In this document: one piece after another, positions 43,799 to 60,534 of the stretch
How positions within the stretch are numbered: position 1 is the stretch's first letter
Layout: every line of letters begins with the position of its first letter
Origin: the human T2T-CHM13v2.0 reference genome, Homo sapiens
DNA length: 64,000 bases
Assembly (NCBI RefSeq): GCF_009914755.1
Contig: NC_060941.1
Direction: 5' to 3' (one strand)
The notes under the pieces: generated by a model
Seen by the model: the letters and a program-made list of their open reading frames with translations, nothing else
The model's database searches: none
What the model was told of the DNA's origin: nothing
Program-made: the position numbers and the translations under genes

Positions 43799-46521
43799 TT
43801 TAAAAACCTATTTTATTGGGTTTATCTGGACATTGTTGTTGTCGTTGTTTTAAGTTCCAGGCAGCCAAGCAGCCATGGATGGATTACTCTTAAAACCTGA
43901 TCATAAAATATTGTCCACATGGGCAAAGGCACTAATCAAAACTGTGAAAGGAAAGGTTTGAATTAAGGAAAAAGTTCAATGAGACACAAGGGATTTTTCA
44001 TTGCAAAGTTTCTCTAATTTTGTATCCCAGGCTGACCCATAAAGGAACAAAATATTCTGCCTTGATGACAACATGTGATTTAGCGTAGTCTGTATTACAG
44101 AATGGCCACAGCTTGAAGATGGCAGCATGGTTTCCCCAGAGTCTGGAGCAGAACTTGTAGTTTTGTCTACACACAATGACCCATTGACCATTTTTTCCTG
44201 AGGAATTGCTTTTTTTGTTGTTGTTATGTGAAAAAGCTTTGCCCAGTCTGCTAGTTCTTAGGTCTGTTTTTTGTCACTGTCCACATAGAGTTCTTGGAAA
44301 ACAATACGGGCTAACCCCAAGTTTGGTTGTGAATTTCTTCCATAATAACCCACACGTCTTGTTTTACATGTAAGTTGCTTGCTGTGTCCTTCTCTCCTTG
44401 CCCTCCCTATGAGTCACCCACTTAGGTTGGGAGCTTCTAGATAACGACGCCCCTTCCAGGACCAGCATCCGTCCCTTTTCCAACCGCACAGTCCTGCCTG
44501 GACTGACGAAGGAAACCTAAAAACAAGGAAAGTTTTCATAAGCATTGCAATAAAAGGAATGGTGCTATTTAAATGTGAGATTATACAATAGATATAACAT
44601 AGAGTAACACACAAGAATCACCTGGGCAGCACTGTAACTCACCTTTCCAGGATGGCAATTCTGACCTCATAAGAAACATGTAGGGAGTCCCCTTGTAGAT
44701 TCTATTGTTTCTGGGTTGAGTGATGCTGGAAGTGCGGGGATGCTGAGAGGCTCAAAGAGATTGCTTCATTTAGAGGACTCTCTTTGGCTACCATGCAGAG
44801 GTGGAACTGCAGGGCATCTGTGCGGTTCTGAGTTGGGGGTTTCCACAAAACAGTCATTCTCCTCCTCCCCACCCCTGCCTCTAGGCATAAGGAGTGGCAG
44901 TGCCTGAGAAGAAGACATGTGGAATTCACAACTGGCCTTGACAGAACACTTGGGCCAGAAGCCAGGCACCAGCAAAGGCAATGGAGGCAGGATAGAGGAT
45001 TCTCTCCAAAGCAAGATTCCCTATTGCAGCAGGCAGTGGTCACTACAGCAGTTGGCCAGATAGAGAGAAGAACTGCAGAGAGGAATTCATCCTGCCAGAA
45101 TGCCAGGATGAATTGCTGAAGCATCACCCACCTATCTCGTTATTCGGCTTCTGAACTGGTAACCAGACACCCAGATTAAGAGCTGAGAGGATGACTGTGG
45201 AAAGGAAGGGGACAAATATAAGACATGGACACTGTTGAGGGATTCAAAGAAAATGAAAAGAAAAGAAAGGAAATAGCGCACTCAATAAGTAGAGAAGGAA
45301 TTAGGGAAAATGGTCAGAAACAGTCAGAATGTGGGTGTGTTGGCTGCCATTACCAGTCTTAACAACACCCACAAGAGACAGATGACCGCCAGTTTACAAT
45401 GGGATGGGCTGCAAGCCCTTGGAAGGGAATACAGCTTCTCCAGGAGGAACATTTTCTGCTTGTAGTCTTCAATTTTAGTAGACTGAGAGTTTAGTAACCC
45501 TTACAGGGCTAAAAACAAACAAACAAACAAACAAAAACCAATTTCTCCTAAACTCCAAACTGAAGCAGTTTTAAGTAATGACTTGAAGTCCTGGAATCAG
45601 CAAGATATAAAACTTTGGTCCCAAATCTCTGCTCAAAAATCTTTCATTACGGGATCCCTAGCAGATGACATGTTCTAGCCTGGTAGGAATGGTAAGATTA
45701 CCCAGGATTATCCCCAAAGCCTGTTGTTTTAGACAACTTCAAGGTCACTATTGAGAGGAGGGTTGCATAGAGCACAGAGTTCGGTTTGGAAACTATATGG
45801 AAACAAGATCTTTGGCAGTAGTTACTTACACATGCAACTGATGGGAAGCAAATAAACAGGAAATCTACTAAATTATTAAGGGAATTCTATCCAAATAAAT
45901 CACAAGCTTACCCTCAAAAGCCAGTAATCATTCAACCCCTAAGCAACTCCCAGGCCCTCAAAACTGCACCAGCAGGAAGAGAGCGAATAAAGGGCACAGC
46001 CCCCAGAAAGATCAACCTTTCCAAAGCCCACCCCAGATATGACCACCAAGGACAAAAAGCAAGGAGCAGAAGCTGAGGCTGCAGGATGGGACCACCAAGC
46101 CATCGACCGACCTGCCAGGTAGGAGGGTCTTTGCTGTGGCTACTTCATGGCATGGCTCATTGCTATAGATCCAGTTGGAAGGAAGAACAGAATTAGGATC
46201 ACACAGTAGCCACTGCTCAGTAACTATTGTGTGTTTCCAATTCTTTTTCTCCAAGAATACATTTTTGTTTTGGTCATCATATTTCTCCTTCACTGATATA
46301 GATTAGATATGGAAGGACAGGAAATGTGTGTTTGGGGTTAGACACTGATTGATGAGGAGCCATAGCAGACATGGAGAAGATTGCACATCATCCTGCAATC
46401 ATGGAGTTTGAGTTGAGCGCCCTAACTAAATAGGACTTGGGACTGTCTCCCTGTGGAAGAGGAATATGCCAAAGGAATGGAACAAATGCACCTGGATATT
46501 CAGGTGGTCAAAAGGGCAGAA

Positions 46522-46968
46522 TGACAGAGACAGATAATTGACCTCAATATCTATTTTCTTCTATCCCAGAAATAAATGTCTAGCTGAACAGATGGCTAGT
46601 CAGAGTGAAGAAGATGCTTCATGGCCTCCCTCGCATTGTAACTAAGTTCTAGCCAATTGTATATAAGCCAACAAGGTATATGCACCTTCTAGGAAGATTC
46701 CTTAATAGGAGGGTCCAACCTCTTCTTTGGGCTTTCTTCCTTCATGCTGGATGGAAGAAGATGTGATAGATGGCGCTGCAGCAGCCATTTTGTTACTTAG
46801 GAATGAAAATGAAAATAAGATGGGCATCCTGATGACTGTGAAACTAAACTTCCACAGCAGCTCCAGACTGCCTAATGATTTTTTTATGAAAGAAAAAATC
46901 AACTGAATTTGTAAAAGTCATTATTTTTTTCCCCTTGGCCCTTACAAACTTAATATAACTATAATACA
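46522..46968 (+). mobile_element. old MLT1 LTR, probably preceded by MLT1-int
   Basis: GTAACTAAGTTCTAGCCAAT, GCAGCAGCCATTTTG, ending TAATACA. Preceded by the PPT-like GGTGGTCAAAAGGGCAGAA. Confidence 0.6.
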
Positions 46969-47224
46969 TGTATAACCTAAAATTACCCAAAGAAATATTC
47001 CAATCAACTAGTAGATGGATCACAATAAAGAGTCCTCACATAGAAAACTATGATATGAAAGAATTGAGAGTAGGTGAGAAAACTATTAAAGTAAAACATA
47101 AAGTCTAAATAATTCCCCAGATAAGGCTGTAAAAGTAATTAATGAATAAAAAGTTTCATGATGTAAAGTAATGATTATCATTTAAAAAGTTAAAGGATGT
47201 ATTCAATCTTACTGATCATTACAA

Positions 47225-47375
47225 TGTTACTGCTGACTTACCATGTGCTAGGCACTGTTGTAAATGCATCCTGTGCACTATGTCATTTTATTTTCATAAT
47301 AACCCTATGATACTATTATGCCCACTTTCGAGATGGGGCAGCTGAGGCACAGAGAAGGTAAACCCTTTGATCACT
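47225..47375 (-). mobile_element. MIR
   Basis: CTTACCATGTGCTAGGCACTG..AACCCTATGA..GATGGGGCAGCTGAGGCACAGAGAAGGTAAA. Confidence 0.75.
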
Positions 47376-47695
47376 GCCCTATGTTATCTGTCAGCCAAAA
47401 CCTAGGAGATGGCAGAGCAAAGTAAGAAGTTAAATAAGAGTGTTAGTTTCTTCATTTTATATAAAGAGGACTCATGAGTGTTTTGCACTTGTTATTGCCA
47501 ATTAGGTTATCGATGGCAATGAAGCAAAAACAGAATGTATCTGTTCTAAGTCACTAGAGGAAAAGGTGGTTACGAAAAGGAATTACAGCCCATACAACAA
47601 AAAATTAAAAGTAAAGGAAAAATAAGAGAACATTAAAAATAAAGTACAAAACTACAGAAATAAAAGAAAAAATAACACTCATTACATTAAATGTA

Positions 47696-48002
47696 TAGTT
47701 GGCCCTCTGCATCTACAGGTTTCACAACTGCAAATTCAACCAACCTCATATTTAAAATATTCAGACATGAACAATAAAGAATAATAATACAATAATTAAA
47801 AAGATAAAAATAACAGTATAAGAAAAATTTACATAGCATTTACATTATATTAGATATTATAAGTAATGTAGAAATTATTTTAAGGACACAGTAGGATGTG
47901 TGTGGGTGATATGCAAATACTATGCCATTTTTTATGCATGCTTGGATTTTGGCATCCTGGGGGTCCTGGAACCAATCCCCCACTGGTATAGAGGACTGAC
48001 AG
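47696..48002 (-). mobile_element. MER2 (Tigger family)
   Basis: TTTACATAGCATTTACATT..ATATGCAAATACT..GGGGTCCTGGAACCAATCCCCCA. Confidence 0.85.
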
Positions 48003-48161
48003 TAAATGCTTAAACTACTCTATTGAAGGGTGAAGTCCCACAAGTTTAGGCAAAATATAAGATACAACAGTGAAATCAATGTACTGTAAATAAGGACCAG
48101 AAACTAACCCACTTATTTAGTATATGCTAAAAGAGATATTTTAAGTCAATTGATACATGAT

Positions 48162-48530
48162 TGTATTAGTCTGTTTTCACACTGCTGACAAAGCCATACC
48201 TGAAGCTGGGCAATTTACAAAAGAAAGAGGTTTACTGGACTTACAGTTCCACATGGCTAGGGAGGCCTCACAATCATGGTGGAAGGCAAGGAGGAGCAAG
48301 TCACATCTTACGTGGATGGCAGCTGGCAAAGAGAGAGCTTGTGCAGGGAAACTCCCATTTTTAAAACCATCAGATCTCATGAGATTCATTCACTATCACG
48401 ACAACAGTGCAGGAAAGACTTGCCCCCATAATTCAATCACCTCCCATTGGATTCCTCCTATGACATGTGAGAATTGTGAGAGTTACAATTCAAGATGAGA
48501 TTTGGGTGGGGACACAGCCAAGCCATATCA
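48162..48530 (-). mobile_element. THE1B solo LTR
   Basis: GGCAATTTACAAAAGAAAGAGG, GAGAGCTTGTGCAGGGAAACTCC. Perfect 5-bp TSD ATGAT. Confidence 0.92.
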
Positions 48531-48939
48531 ATGATGTAATTCGCCAAATGGTAGCTTATCTACCATTAACTGCAAGAATTAAGTTCCCTACATCAAAATG
48601 AAGCTGAAGTGAATCATAGGTAAAAATATTTAAAAAGCAACCTAAAAAAATCATAAAAGTATCTTTAAATAATTTAGAGCAAGTATGGTCTTTATATACA
48701 TATAAGAGTGAAGGTAAAAGCATAAATGAAAAGATATGTGATACAATAGAACCATTTACCAAAACAAACAATAAGCAAATCGAGATAGAAGAAATTGGGG
48801 CAAAAATAGCAATATTGAAGGCAGGAAAATAGATTAAATTCAAGATATATAACGTCCAAAAATCAATAAAAGATAAGCAACAAGCTAAAATAAAAAAAGA
48901 GTTTGAACATAAAATTTACAAAATAACCATTTAAAAAAA

Positions 48940-49078
48940 TTTTTTTTACAATTTTTTAATAGAGACAAGGTCTCACTATGTTGCCTAGGCTGGTCTCAAA
49001 CTCCTGGGCTCAAGCAATACTCCCACCTTAGCCTCCCTAAGTGCTGGAATTACAGAAGTGAGCCACTGCTTCCAGCTA
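48940..49078 (-). mobile_element. FLAM / Alu left monomer
   Basis: AGAGACAAGGTCTCACTATGTTGCCTAGGCTGGTCTCAAACTCCTGGGCTCAAG. TAACCAT on both sides. Confidence 0.85.
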
Positions 49079-49348
49079 GTAACCATATTTAAAGCATGAT
49101 ACTGCTCAAAATCTAATAGCAATTTTCATTACTAACCATAAAAAGGAATACACTTTCCAATGTTGACAAAGATATGGGAAAACATACATCTATATAGCAT
49201 TTCTGAGTGTGTAAGTTAGTTCAACTTTGGAAAAGTATTTTGGCAAAATATACAAATCTATCAAACCTTTAAAAATGCTCACCTGTTTTTACCCAAAAAT
49301 TCTGCTTCTAATCATTTGTATTTTTAAAATAATTGGACTAAAGATTTA

Positions 49349-51920
<2,572 letters not shown>

Positions 51921-52939
51921 TTTTTCACTGAATTGTAAATAGTGATTACCTCTGAGTTGAATGATCAAATTATGGACAATATACTGCAATTTATTTTCCT
52001 TTGTGCTTTTCTGTGTATTTTGATTTTTCTGTGTGTATTTTTTTATAATATGAGTATATACTAAGTATTAGATTAATAAGGATTTTAAATATTCTATTTA
52101 GCTCTTAAAAATCAAAATGAAGGGCTTTTATGTCCCAAAATGAATTAATCATCCTAGTCTCCTAAGTTCATGTTTTCTTTAATATTTTATCTTGGAACCC
52201 GCAAGCCAGAAAGCTGAGGATTATGCTCATCTCCACCTCTGCCTGGGCACCTCAAGATCTCCTAAGACCCACATTCCATTCGTTTCACTTCCATTCACAT
52301 CTGACATCCTTCTCACCACACCCTTCGTATATAATAAGCTGATTGTGGTTGGAAAGATCCCTTAGCTGATGCTGTCCGTTCCAATAACTGCTTAGATACT
52401 TTCTGCCTTCCTTTCACACCAAGGGTGGACCTACCAGCTCAGCATTTCACTTGCGGCTTCCCATTACCAGCTGTGTCATGGTAATCTGTCAAGCCTCAGA
52501 GCCACAGAAGTTTAGAATGAAAAAGAACATATGGATTATCTTGCTCTGCCGCTAAATTATCTCAAAAGAAGAAACTGGAGGTCAGAGATGCAAAATGACT
52601 CCCCAACCTCACAGCTAATTCCTGTCTGGAGCCCAGTCTCCCCTAGTCTTCACCACCTCAAACCTCAAATTCATTCATTTCTTAGTAGAAGCCAGGCATT
52701 CTCGCCTGGCCTCTTGCAGCCCTAACAACAAAGGGGTTTGCACAATAAAAACACTGGTAAGATTTGGGGTGCAAACTCTGGCTTTTAGCTGAACTTGCTA
52801 CGTGGCTGCAGCTGAGCCATAAAGTCATCTGGTCTTGGCTGCCCTCTTAACTCAAATTTGCAAAGTAAAGTAGTAAAGTATAACAGAAGCTTCCTTTGAT
52901 TTAAGGCTGCTGGGGGAGAGAGCCTTGAGTTAGGAACAG

Positions 52940-54260
52940 AGATCCGAGTTGTTTATTTAAATAAATGAATGGAACTTTAACAGAACAGCTAATAAACAAA
53001 TCCACAAGGTCATGCCAGGCTCCCTGGGACCCGAGGTGTTGGGTCTGAAATCCAGCCAAAGAGACCAACACATCACTTTGGCCTCCCAGAGTTCTCCAGT
53101 GGTCTCCAGGGTCCCAGTGGGGCCTTGGGTTTGGAATGGCTTCTGAGAAGCCAGGCCTGGGGCTGGGGGGTGGGGGGTGCTGGCAGTAAGGGGGAGCTTT
53201 ATTTTACCTACCCTCTAGAAGGTCTAGAAGGAGGCGCAGCCCAGGGACACTGCCAGCTGGGAAAACCAGTGCCCCACAGCACTGAGGTCCACCCAGCTCC
53301 TCTTCTCAGACCACAGATTTGAATTTTAATGTTTTAACCCTTTAGATATGATTTATAATTTAGGTTTGCATATTGACGTCCTATTGGCAAGCTGACCTTA
53401 GAATGACTCCCGGCCCTATCAAGGAACTTTCTCCTTGAAACCCCTATCCCCACTTCCCTTCTATGTAGAAGCATCTTCCTTCTTTTCTCTCCCTCTTATA
53501 TTTCAAGATCCTGTCCAGAAGCAACGTCCTTCATGTTGCCTTTGCTTAACAACCCAAAGTGAACTTTGTCTCTTCTGCTTCCCTGAAGGATGTGGTTGGC
53601 CCTTGGAACTCTGGCTGCCATTGTAATGAGCTTTCTCATATGGTAGAGATCTAGACACAATTTTCTTTTCCCTGTATGCTTTGCCCTGAATAAAAGTAAA
53701 AAGATATAATCAAACAAAGAAAACCTAAGCATGTGGCAGAGAGCAGTTGTCATCAAAGAGGCCATGAGGGAAGTAGAGATGTGTTACCACTTTCTGGGAC
53801 ATTATGGTCTGTCTACACTCACAAAATGAGTGCTAGATGTTGCTTTGTTTTGTTTTTGGCAAGATAGGTGCATTTCAGGGCTTTCTTCCACTGCTTCTGC
53901 CTTTCAAAGCAAGCTGGGGAGCCCTGGCTGACGTAACAACTGCTTATGACTTTCCCTTGCGGTATTTTTTACTAAAGCAGTTTTACTAATAGGCTGTTTA
54001 CAGTCATTTTCCTTTCACAGCTGGCCCCGGAGTGAAATGAAAACAAAAAAAATGATACCCAGGGGTTTATCAATTTTTCTTCCTTATAAACTGTTAGTGC
54101 GTCTCAGCAGGAGAAGTTCACAATCCCCGATTTATAACTGTGTTCAGCAGGATTTGTCTGCCCAGATTGACTCACAACATGGAAAAAGCCCAGATCCCTC
54201 CAGGGGAGCTGGTGCCCCTTGCTGAGCCTGGCCGCCTCACTGCTGGGTCTGTGATGTGGC
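52940..54260. promoter_or_regulatory. candidate enhancer cluster
   Basis: FOX-type TGTTTAT 52950, ATAAACA 52992, TGTTTAC 53995. CRE-type TGACGTC 53374, TGACGTAA 53929. AP-1 TGACTCA 54168. Repeat-poor sequence. Confidence 0.3.
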
Positions 54261-54407
54261 CAGGGGGTTGTGGCTCGCGGGGCATCAGAGCTGTGCAGGG
54301 AGAAATGGAGACACCGTCCCAAAGTGGCTTTATGAAGATTCCAAAAGGGTAGAGGGGCTTTATTCCTCCTGCATATATTTACTTAAGTTTCTTTTTAATA
54401 TTTCCAA

Positions 54408-54424
54408 GGGTGGGGGGGGGGGGG
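54408..54424 (+). repeat. poly-G tract GGGT(G)13
   Basis: Directly visible. Confidence 0.9.
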
Positions 54425-54769
54425 AACCATGATCATGACATTTAGCATGCAAGAAGTAGGGGACAGCCCAACAGCAGTACCTAAAATCCCAAGCTAGAAT
54501 AAGACAGTGAAGGGACAGAGACACAGAGAAGCAGGAAGGAAAAAAGTAAGAGGCAACAACTCAGATTTCTTCACCGATCAGACGGGGAAGAAAGACATAG
54601 CCAAACCTCATTTGGGTGGCACGTGGGAGAAGCTACCCAGATAAGCCATTGCTTTTAGGTTATGGTGAGTGAAAGGAAGGAGTTTGTGCAAAGGATCATT
54701 TCATCCTTTCCATATACACTTGGTTAAATAATCAAGCCCATAGTTGTGATTCCCTTTAAGGGTACTTTT

Positions 54770-55560
54770 TTCATTCATTTAATGTTTTATTCACTTACTC
54801 ATTCATCCGAACTGAGAATCAACTGAAAGCTGGATAAGTCATAAAACAATCTCAGCTTCATGCAGCTTTCAATCTAGTGGTAGACACGGACTTAAATAAA
54901 TTATTCTACTAATGATCTGTATAATACAAGGAATCAAATCTAGACTCAGTTTACCTAGCCTAAGTAAGAAGAACATCCCTGCTGAGGTTTCATAGAATCT
55001 GAAACCTAAATGATGAAACAAGCCAGAAAAAAGAGAAAGACAAATGATACATGGAAAAATGAAAATGTGAAAAATTCTAAGCTTGAAAGAAGCTTGTTGA
55101 GTTTGAAAAACAGTGAAAAGGCCAAAACAATCAGAGGATATAAGCAAAGGAAAAGGTGGCTTCGGAGTTAGCAAAGGATGGACCATCAGTGCCCTGCAGT
55201 CCACACTGAGGCTAAGGAAGATTCTCCTAAAAATGAGAGAAGCTATTGGAAAGTTTTAAAGGATGGCAAGACATGATCAGCTATGCATATTAGGAAGATT
55301 ATTCTACCTGATCTATGGAAAATGAATCAAAGAGAAAAAAAACGACCAGTAGTTTAGTATGGCCTTCTAGGTAAGGAAATGGTGGTTTATTTTAGGATCC
55401 CAGCTTGGGCTAAGGTGATCGCAATGGAGAGGAAGAGGATGGAGATTAAATACGGTTTTTTTTTTTTTTTTTTGGGGGGGAAATAGAATTGACAAGACTT
55501 GCTGATAGAAGGGATACACTTTTTCTGGCATGAGTAACCAAGTAGATGAAGGTGTTACTT
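54770..55560 (-). mobile_element. L2
   Basis: TTCATTCATT..TTCACTTACTCATTCA end, GAGAAGCTATTGGAAAGTTTTAA, TAGAATTGACAAGACTTGCTGAT. Confidence 0.7.
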
Positions 55561-55677
55561 CCTCTAATCAGCACCTATTTCCCACTTCCCCAAACTCACT
55601 TGGAGCTGACAAGTTACATGAAGCTTCTGTCTCTCCAGTCTCACCTTCAACCCACCATTCACCTCTCTATGATTACC

Positions 55678-55850
55678 CCTAATCCCAGCCTCTCCACTTA
55701 TCAGCTCTGTGTCTTTGGCAAGATATTTAGTCCCATGAGCTTGAGAGTCCTCATCTGTAAAATGTGGGACAGTCAAGAGAATTAAATGAGATCATATCTG
55801 CGGAGCTCCTGGAACACAGAAGGCATTCAATAAATGCGTGTTTATTTCCT
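55678..55850 (+). mobile_element. MIR
   Basis: AATCCCAGCCTCTCCACTTATCAGCTCTGTGTCTTTGGCAAG..CCTCATCTGTAAAATG. Confidence 0.8.
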
Positions 55851-56797
55851 CCCTGCGTCCCCTTCTTAGCGCTGGCCTTCGAGATCTTGAATTTGGTACC
55901 TCACGTTCCCAAATATAACCTTTTAGCTGGCTCCTTCTCTCATTCTCCATCCGACACAAATTTGTTCTTCCACCTCATCCAGATAAATATTCACTTATTA
56001 ACTCCATCCATCTAGCTAATTCCATTTTCCATGTCTGTTCTACTCAAATTTCAATACTTGTTTTTGACCTCACGGTTATTTACAACCTGTGTGTACAATA
56101 CCTCCCTGTTCCCTGGTGGGAGACACAGTAAAGTGGCTGAAGTTGGGGACACAGGTTGTGTGCTTAGGAAATCAGAAGATGTTGTGGGTCAAAGGCAGGG
56201 CAGGCAAGGATGCTGTCTGGTGCTGGAGTCAATTCAGAAGCTAAAAACCAGAGCCAGGCAAGCTGTTAGGTGAATGGAGGCAGACACAACTTGCCAGAGA
56301 TAAGGGGTCTTGAAAGGAAAGCAAAGGTCTGCCTCAGACAGGAAACCTCTCATTCCCTCCTCTGTCACTGTTGCGGCTGGATCCAACCATGGCCTTCCTC
56401 CTCACCCTTGTTAACTGCATTCCCAGGATCATGGACTCATTCCTGTAGCCTCTGCTGACATTAGCACACCAGACAGCAGGATTCATGCAGGCATGTGGTC
56501 TGGCTTCTAATAGAGACATCCAACCTGCACTTGCTTGCCTCTGAGAGTGCTAATGTCTCCTCTCCTTCCCAGCATTAAAAATATTTTAAATTAAGCAGGA
56601 AGTTGAAACTAGTTTATCTCTCAGAGTCCTTCCAGTTCAAGGAGTTTTTGTGTTCAACAGAATGAGCTTGATTTTACTTCATTTGAAATATATTTATTGA
56701 ATAAATAGTAGTTGCACATGGTAAAATAAAAACAGCCTAAAAGAGTGTATGCTAAACACCTTCACTTACCTTCCTCATATGCAATTGCTGTAACAAG

Positions 56798-56798
<1 letters not shown>

Positions 56799-56831
<33 letters not shown>
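56799..56831. repeat. (GT)n microsatellite
   Basis: Directly visible. Confidence 0.95.
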
Positions 56832-56834
<3 letters not shown>

Positions 56835-56930
56835 AGTGTGAATGTTTCCAGAAATATTTTAACCATTTAAAAGCATAAGTGGCTGAGCACCTATCCCCTT
56901 CACTTGTATCTTCAATCATGAAGCCCCCAC

Positions 56931-57275
56931 TGCCTTGGTCTGATTGATTGTGTCCCCACAAAATTCATATGTTAAAATCCTAACCATCACAGTTATAATA
57001 TCAGGAAGTGACGCCTTTTGGAAGGCGTTTAGGTCATAAGTGCAGAGTTTTCATGAATGAGATCAGTGCCCTTATAAAAGAGGCTCAAGAGAGATTTCTC
57101 ATTCCTTCCACCATGTAAGGCTATAATGAGAAGATGTCCATCTTTGAAGAATGGGCCATCACTAGACACTGAGTTTGCTGGTACCTTGATCTTGGACTTT
57201 CTAGTCTCCAGAACTGTTGTTTATAAGCATCCAGTTTATGGAATTGTGTTGAAGTAGCCTAAACAGACTAAGACA
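56931..57275 (+). mobile_element. MLT1A-type solo LTR
   Basis: TGTGTCCCCACAAAATTCATATGTT..AGTGCCCTTATAAAAGAG..CAGACTAAGACA. Perfect TSD CCCAC. Confidence 0.88.
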
Positions 57276-57399
57276 CCCACTCTTTCCCAACCCCCATTTA
57301 TAGAATAAATCTATTGTTCTTTTGTGTTCTCAACAGGCTAAGTATAGACTTCTATTATAGTTTCTATAATGCTTTTCTGCCTCTGTCTTACTTCCCATG

Positions 57400-59510
57400 T
57401 GAAAAAATATGAACAAAATAATAAAAGTAACCCAAAGAAAGTAAAAGGCAGAAATTATAAGGATAGCAGCAAGAATTAATGATATAGAAAACAGCCCCCC
57501 GAAAATATTCTCACTAATCTGCAAAACCGAAGTCTGCTCCTTGTAAAGACCAATGGACTAGATAAGTCTTTGGTAGGTCTGACTAAGGGGAAAAGAAAGA
57601 CAAAAGTAAGACTTACTTTACTTAAAAAAAAAAAAGTGGTATTATGTCAGCTATGCAGGAGGCTTATGAATTGTGAGGCTATCTTGCAACACTTTATGCC
57701 AACAAATTTCAAACTCTAGGTGAAATAAATGACTTCCTTCCTAGGAAAACAGAAATTATTCAAGAAAAAGTATAAATCCTGAATATACTAATAACCATAC
57801 AAAAAACCAAGAAAGTAATCACAGATTTGCCACTAAAGACTCTGGACCCATGAGTCTGTTCAAGGAACAGACAATTTCATGTCATATAGCATATTCTACA
57901 GCATAACAAAAGATAGAAAATTTCTCCACTAAATCTATAAAAATAGTACATTTTAAAAAGTAGGCTAGTATCACATACATAGACTGAAAAGTTTTAAATG
58001 AATTCACATATCAAATCCAACCATTTAAAAATAGAATGTCAACATGGCTTACCTTATTTATCATTGGGCAATCCACTAATAAAATTCACCACATAGGCTG
58101 ATTAAAAGAGAAAAAATATATGCTAAACTTAAAAGATGCCAAAGAGAACATTTAATAAAATTCATCATGCTTTCTCATTAAAAAAATACTTTAATAATAT
58201 CATTTTATCACAATAAAATATCTTCATCTTCTAAAGCATAGTTACCAAATCCTACAGCAAACATCTTGCTTAATGGTGAAATATCAGAGGAAGTCTTACT
58301 ACTTAGGAACAAGACAAGGATTTCCATTATCATTGCCACGAGAGATATTAGCCAATGTAATAAGACAAAAAAAAAAAAAAGAGTTTTAACTATTGCAAAG
58401 GATGGCCTCAACTGCTCAACTGTCTAATTTTTACAATTCTCTACCAAGGAAATCTAAGAGAAGTCATTTTAAAAAAAACTATTATAATAAATAAGATAAC
58501 TCAACAAAATGGCCAAATAGAAAAACAACATACCAAAACCATTTTTTGTATTCAGGAAAATAAAAAATATAGAGAATAGTAATAAAACAAGTATGTACAT
58601 ATCTTTACAATGTGCAAGATGTAGCTCTAAGTGTTTTACACAGGTTAACCAATTTTGTCCTCACAACCACCCTAGGAGTAAAGTATCATTATTGCCACCA
58701 TGTTCAGAGGGGAGGAACTAAACCACAGCAAAGTAAAGCAACGTGCCTGGGATCATGCAGCAAATAAGTGGCAGAGCCATGGTATGAACTGAGGGAGTCT
58801 GGTCACAGGTTTCATGCTACGGAAATGAATGCAGAATGAAGACCTTATTATAAGTTTTCTGAAAAATACAAAAAGAATTTCTGTCAGATTAGCAAAAATG
58901 TTTCAAATTATATAAAATCAAGTGATGTGATCATTGAAGGATTCAGAGTCTCGTCTATGCTGTTACTTGAACTATAAACAGATGAAATTTTCCTGAAGGC
59001 AATTTATAGTATCTGTCAAAACTGAAAATAAATTAGAAATTTTATACCCTATATATCTTTGTGTATAAGATTACTTATTAAAAAATTGTTGAAAATAGCA
59101 CAAAATAGACCACAAGAAAAGTCCATCAATAGGGTAGTCTTGAAATAGAGCATTCTATATCTTTGCTATAAAATATTATGGAGCTTTGAAAAGGAATATG
59201 AAATGGAAAAATCACCAAGACATATTTTCAGATGAACAAAGCAAACTATAGGACAATATGCATACTAGGGCCCTAACTGTGTTTTTTAAAGATGTAATAT
59301 ATACCCGTATGTGTAACTGTGCACAGCAAAGGGACTGAGAACCATGATCCAACCTGTTAACAGCAATGACTACTGGGAAAATGATTGAGATAGTGACATA
59401 GATAAATGGGGGCTGTCAGGGTTCTTGTTAAACAATTTTATATTGTTTGAATCTCACATAAAAGGGATATATTTATAAATTTAAATGTTTGTTATTAAAA
59501 AGAAAAAAAA
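57400..59510 (+). mobile_element. ancient L1 (L1ME-like) ORF2/3' remnants with MIR at about 58590-58820
   Basis: ACTTTATGCCAACAAATTTCAAACTCTAGGTGAAAT, CCTACAGCAAACATC..TTAATGGTGAAA, GTCCATCAATAGGG. Confidence 0.7.
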
Positions 59511-59715
59511 GTAGAAAATGCAATATTACTTTCAAAACCAGAGTAAAAGAAATGTTGGCTGGGTGGGGGCAGAGGGGATTCCTTTGACTAAAGAATGCAT
59601 GCAAGCACAAATGCACATTTTCCTATCTTTTTGTAAAAGGAGTGAGTCTTCTGTATCACGAGTCACTAATGGAAAAAAAAAAAGGATTGAGTGTCTTGGA
59701 GATAAGATAGTTTGG

Positions 59716-60057
<342 letters not shown>

Positions 60058-60534
60058 TTAATAAAATAAGGGGAACAAATTCTGTCCTACCTTATCCTCA
60101 CACAGAAGAATGTGAGAGGCCCTGGAAAGAGAATTAACTGGCCCATCTTATAAGAATGGGGAACAGAGTCCGCTTCATATTAGTCAGCAAAATGAATAAG
60201 AATTGTAGACTTGTGAATGAGGAGCCCTCTAGCCTTCCTCTAGAGAAGTGATTCAAATAAAAATTTAAAAAAGAAGAAAGAGAAGTGATTCAATGCTCTG
60301 CCTCAGAAGACATTGGAAAGCTGAAAGTAGAAGACTATGTGTTCGTGTTGGCAGGGAGAGACTGGCATTCCAGGAGACTGGTCATTTTAAATATAGCATC
60401 ACTCATAGCTTGCAGAAAATGCTATCTCTGCTTCCAGGCTTCAGCAACACAGTGCCATGTCAGGTCAGGGGACAAGAGTTAGTATTTAGGAGGAGGCAAT
60501 GGTGACAGTGAAAAAAGCAGAAGACAAAGAAATG

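Noticed and set aside
44702-45127. 141-aa ORF and overlapping ORFs as an exon
   Set aside because: No recognisable domain or convincing splice context. The region may be an old LTR-element remnant that I cannot name.
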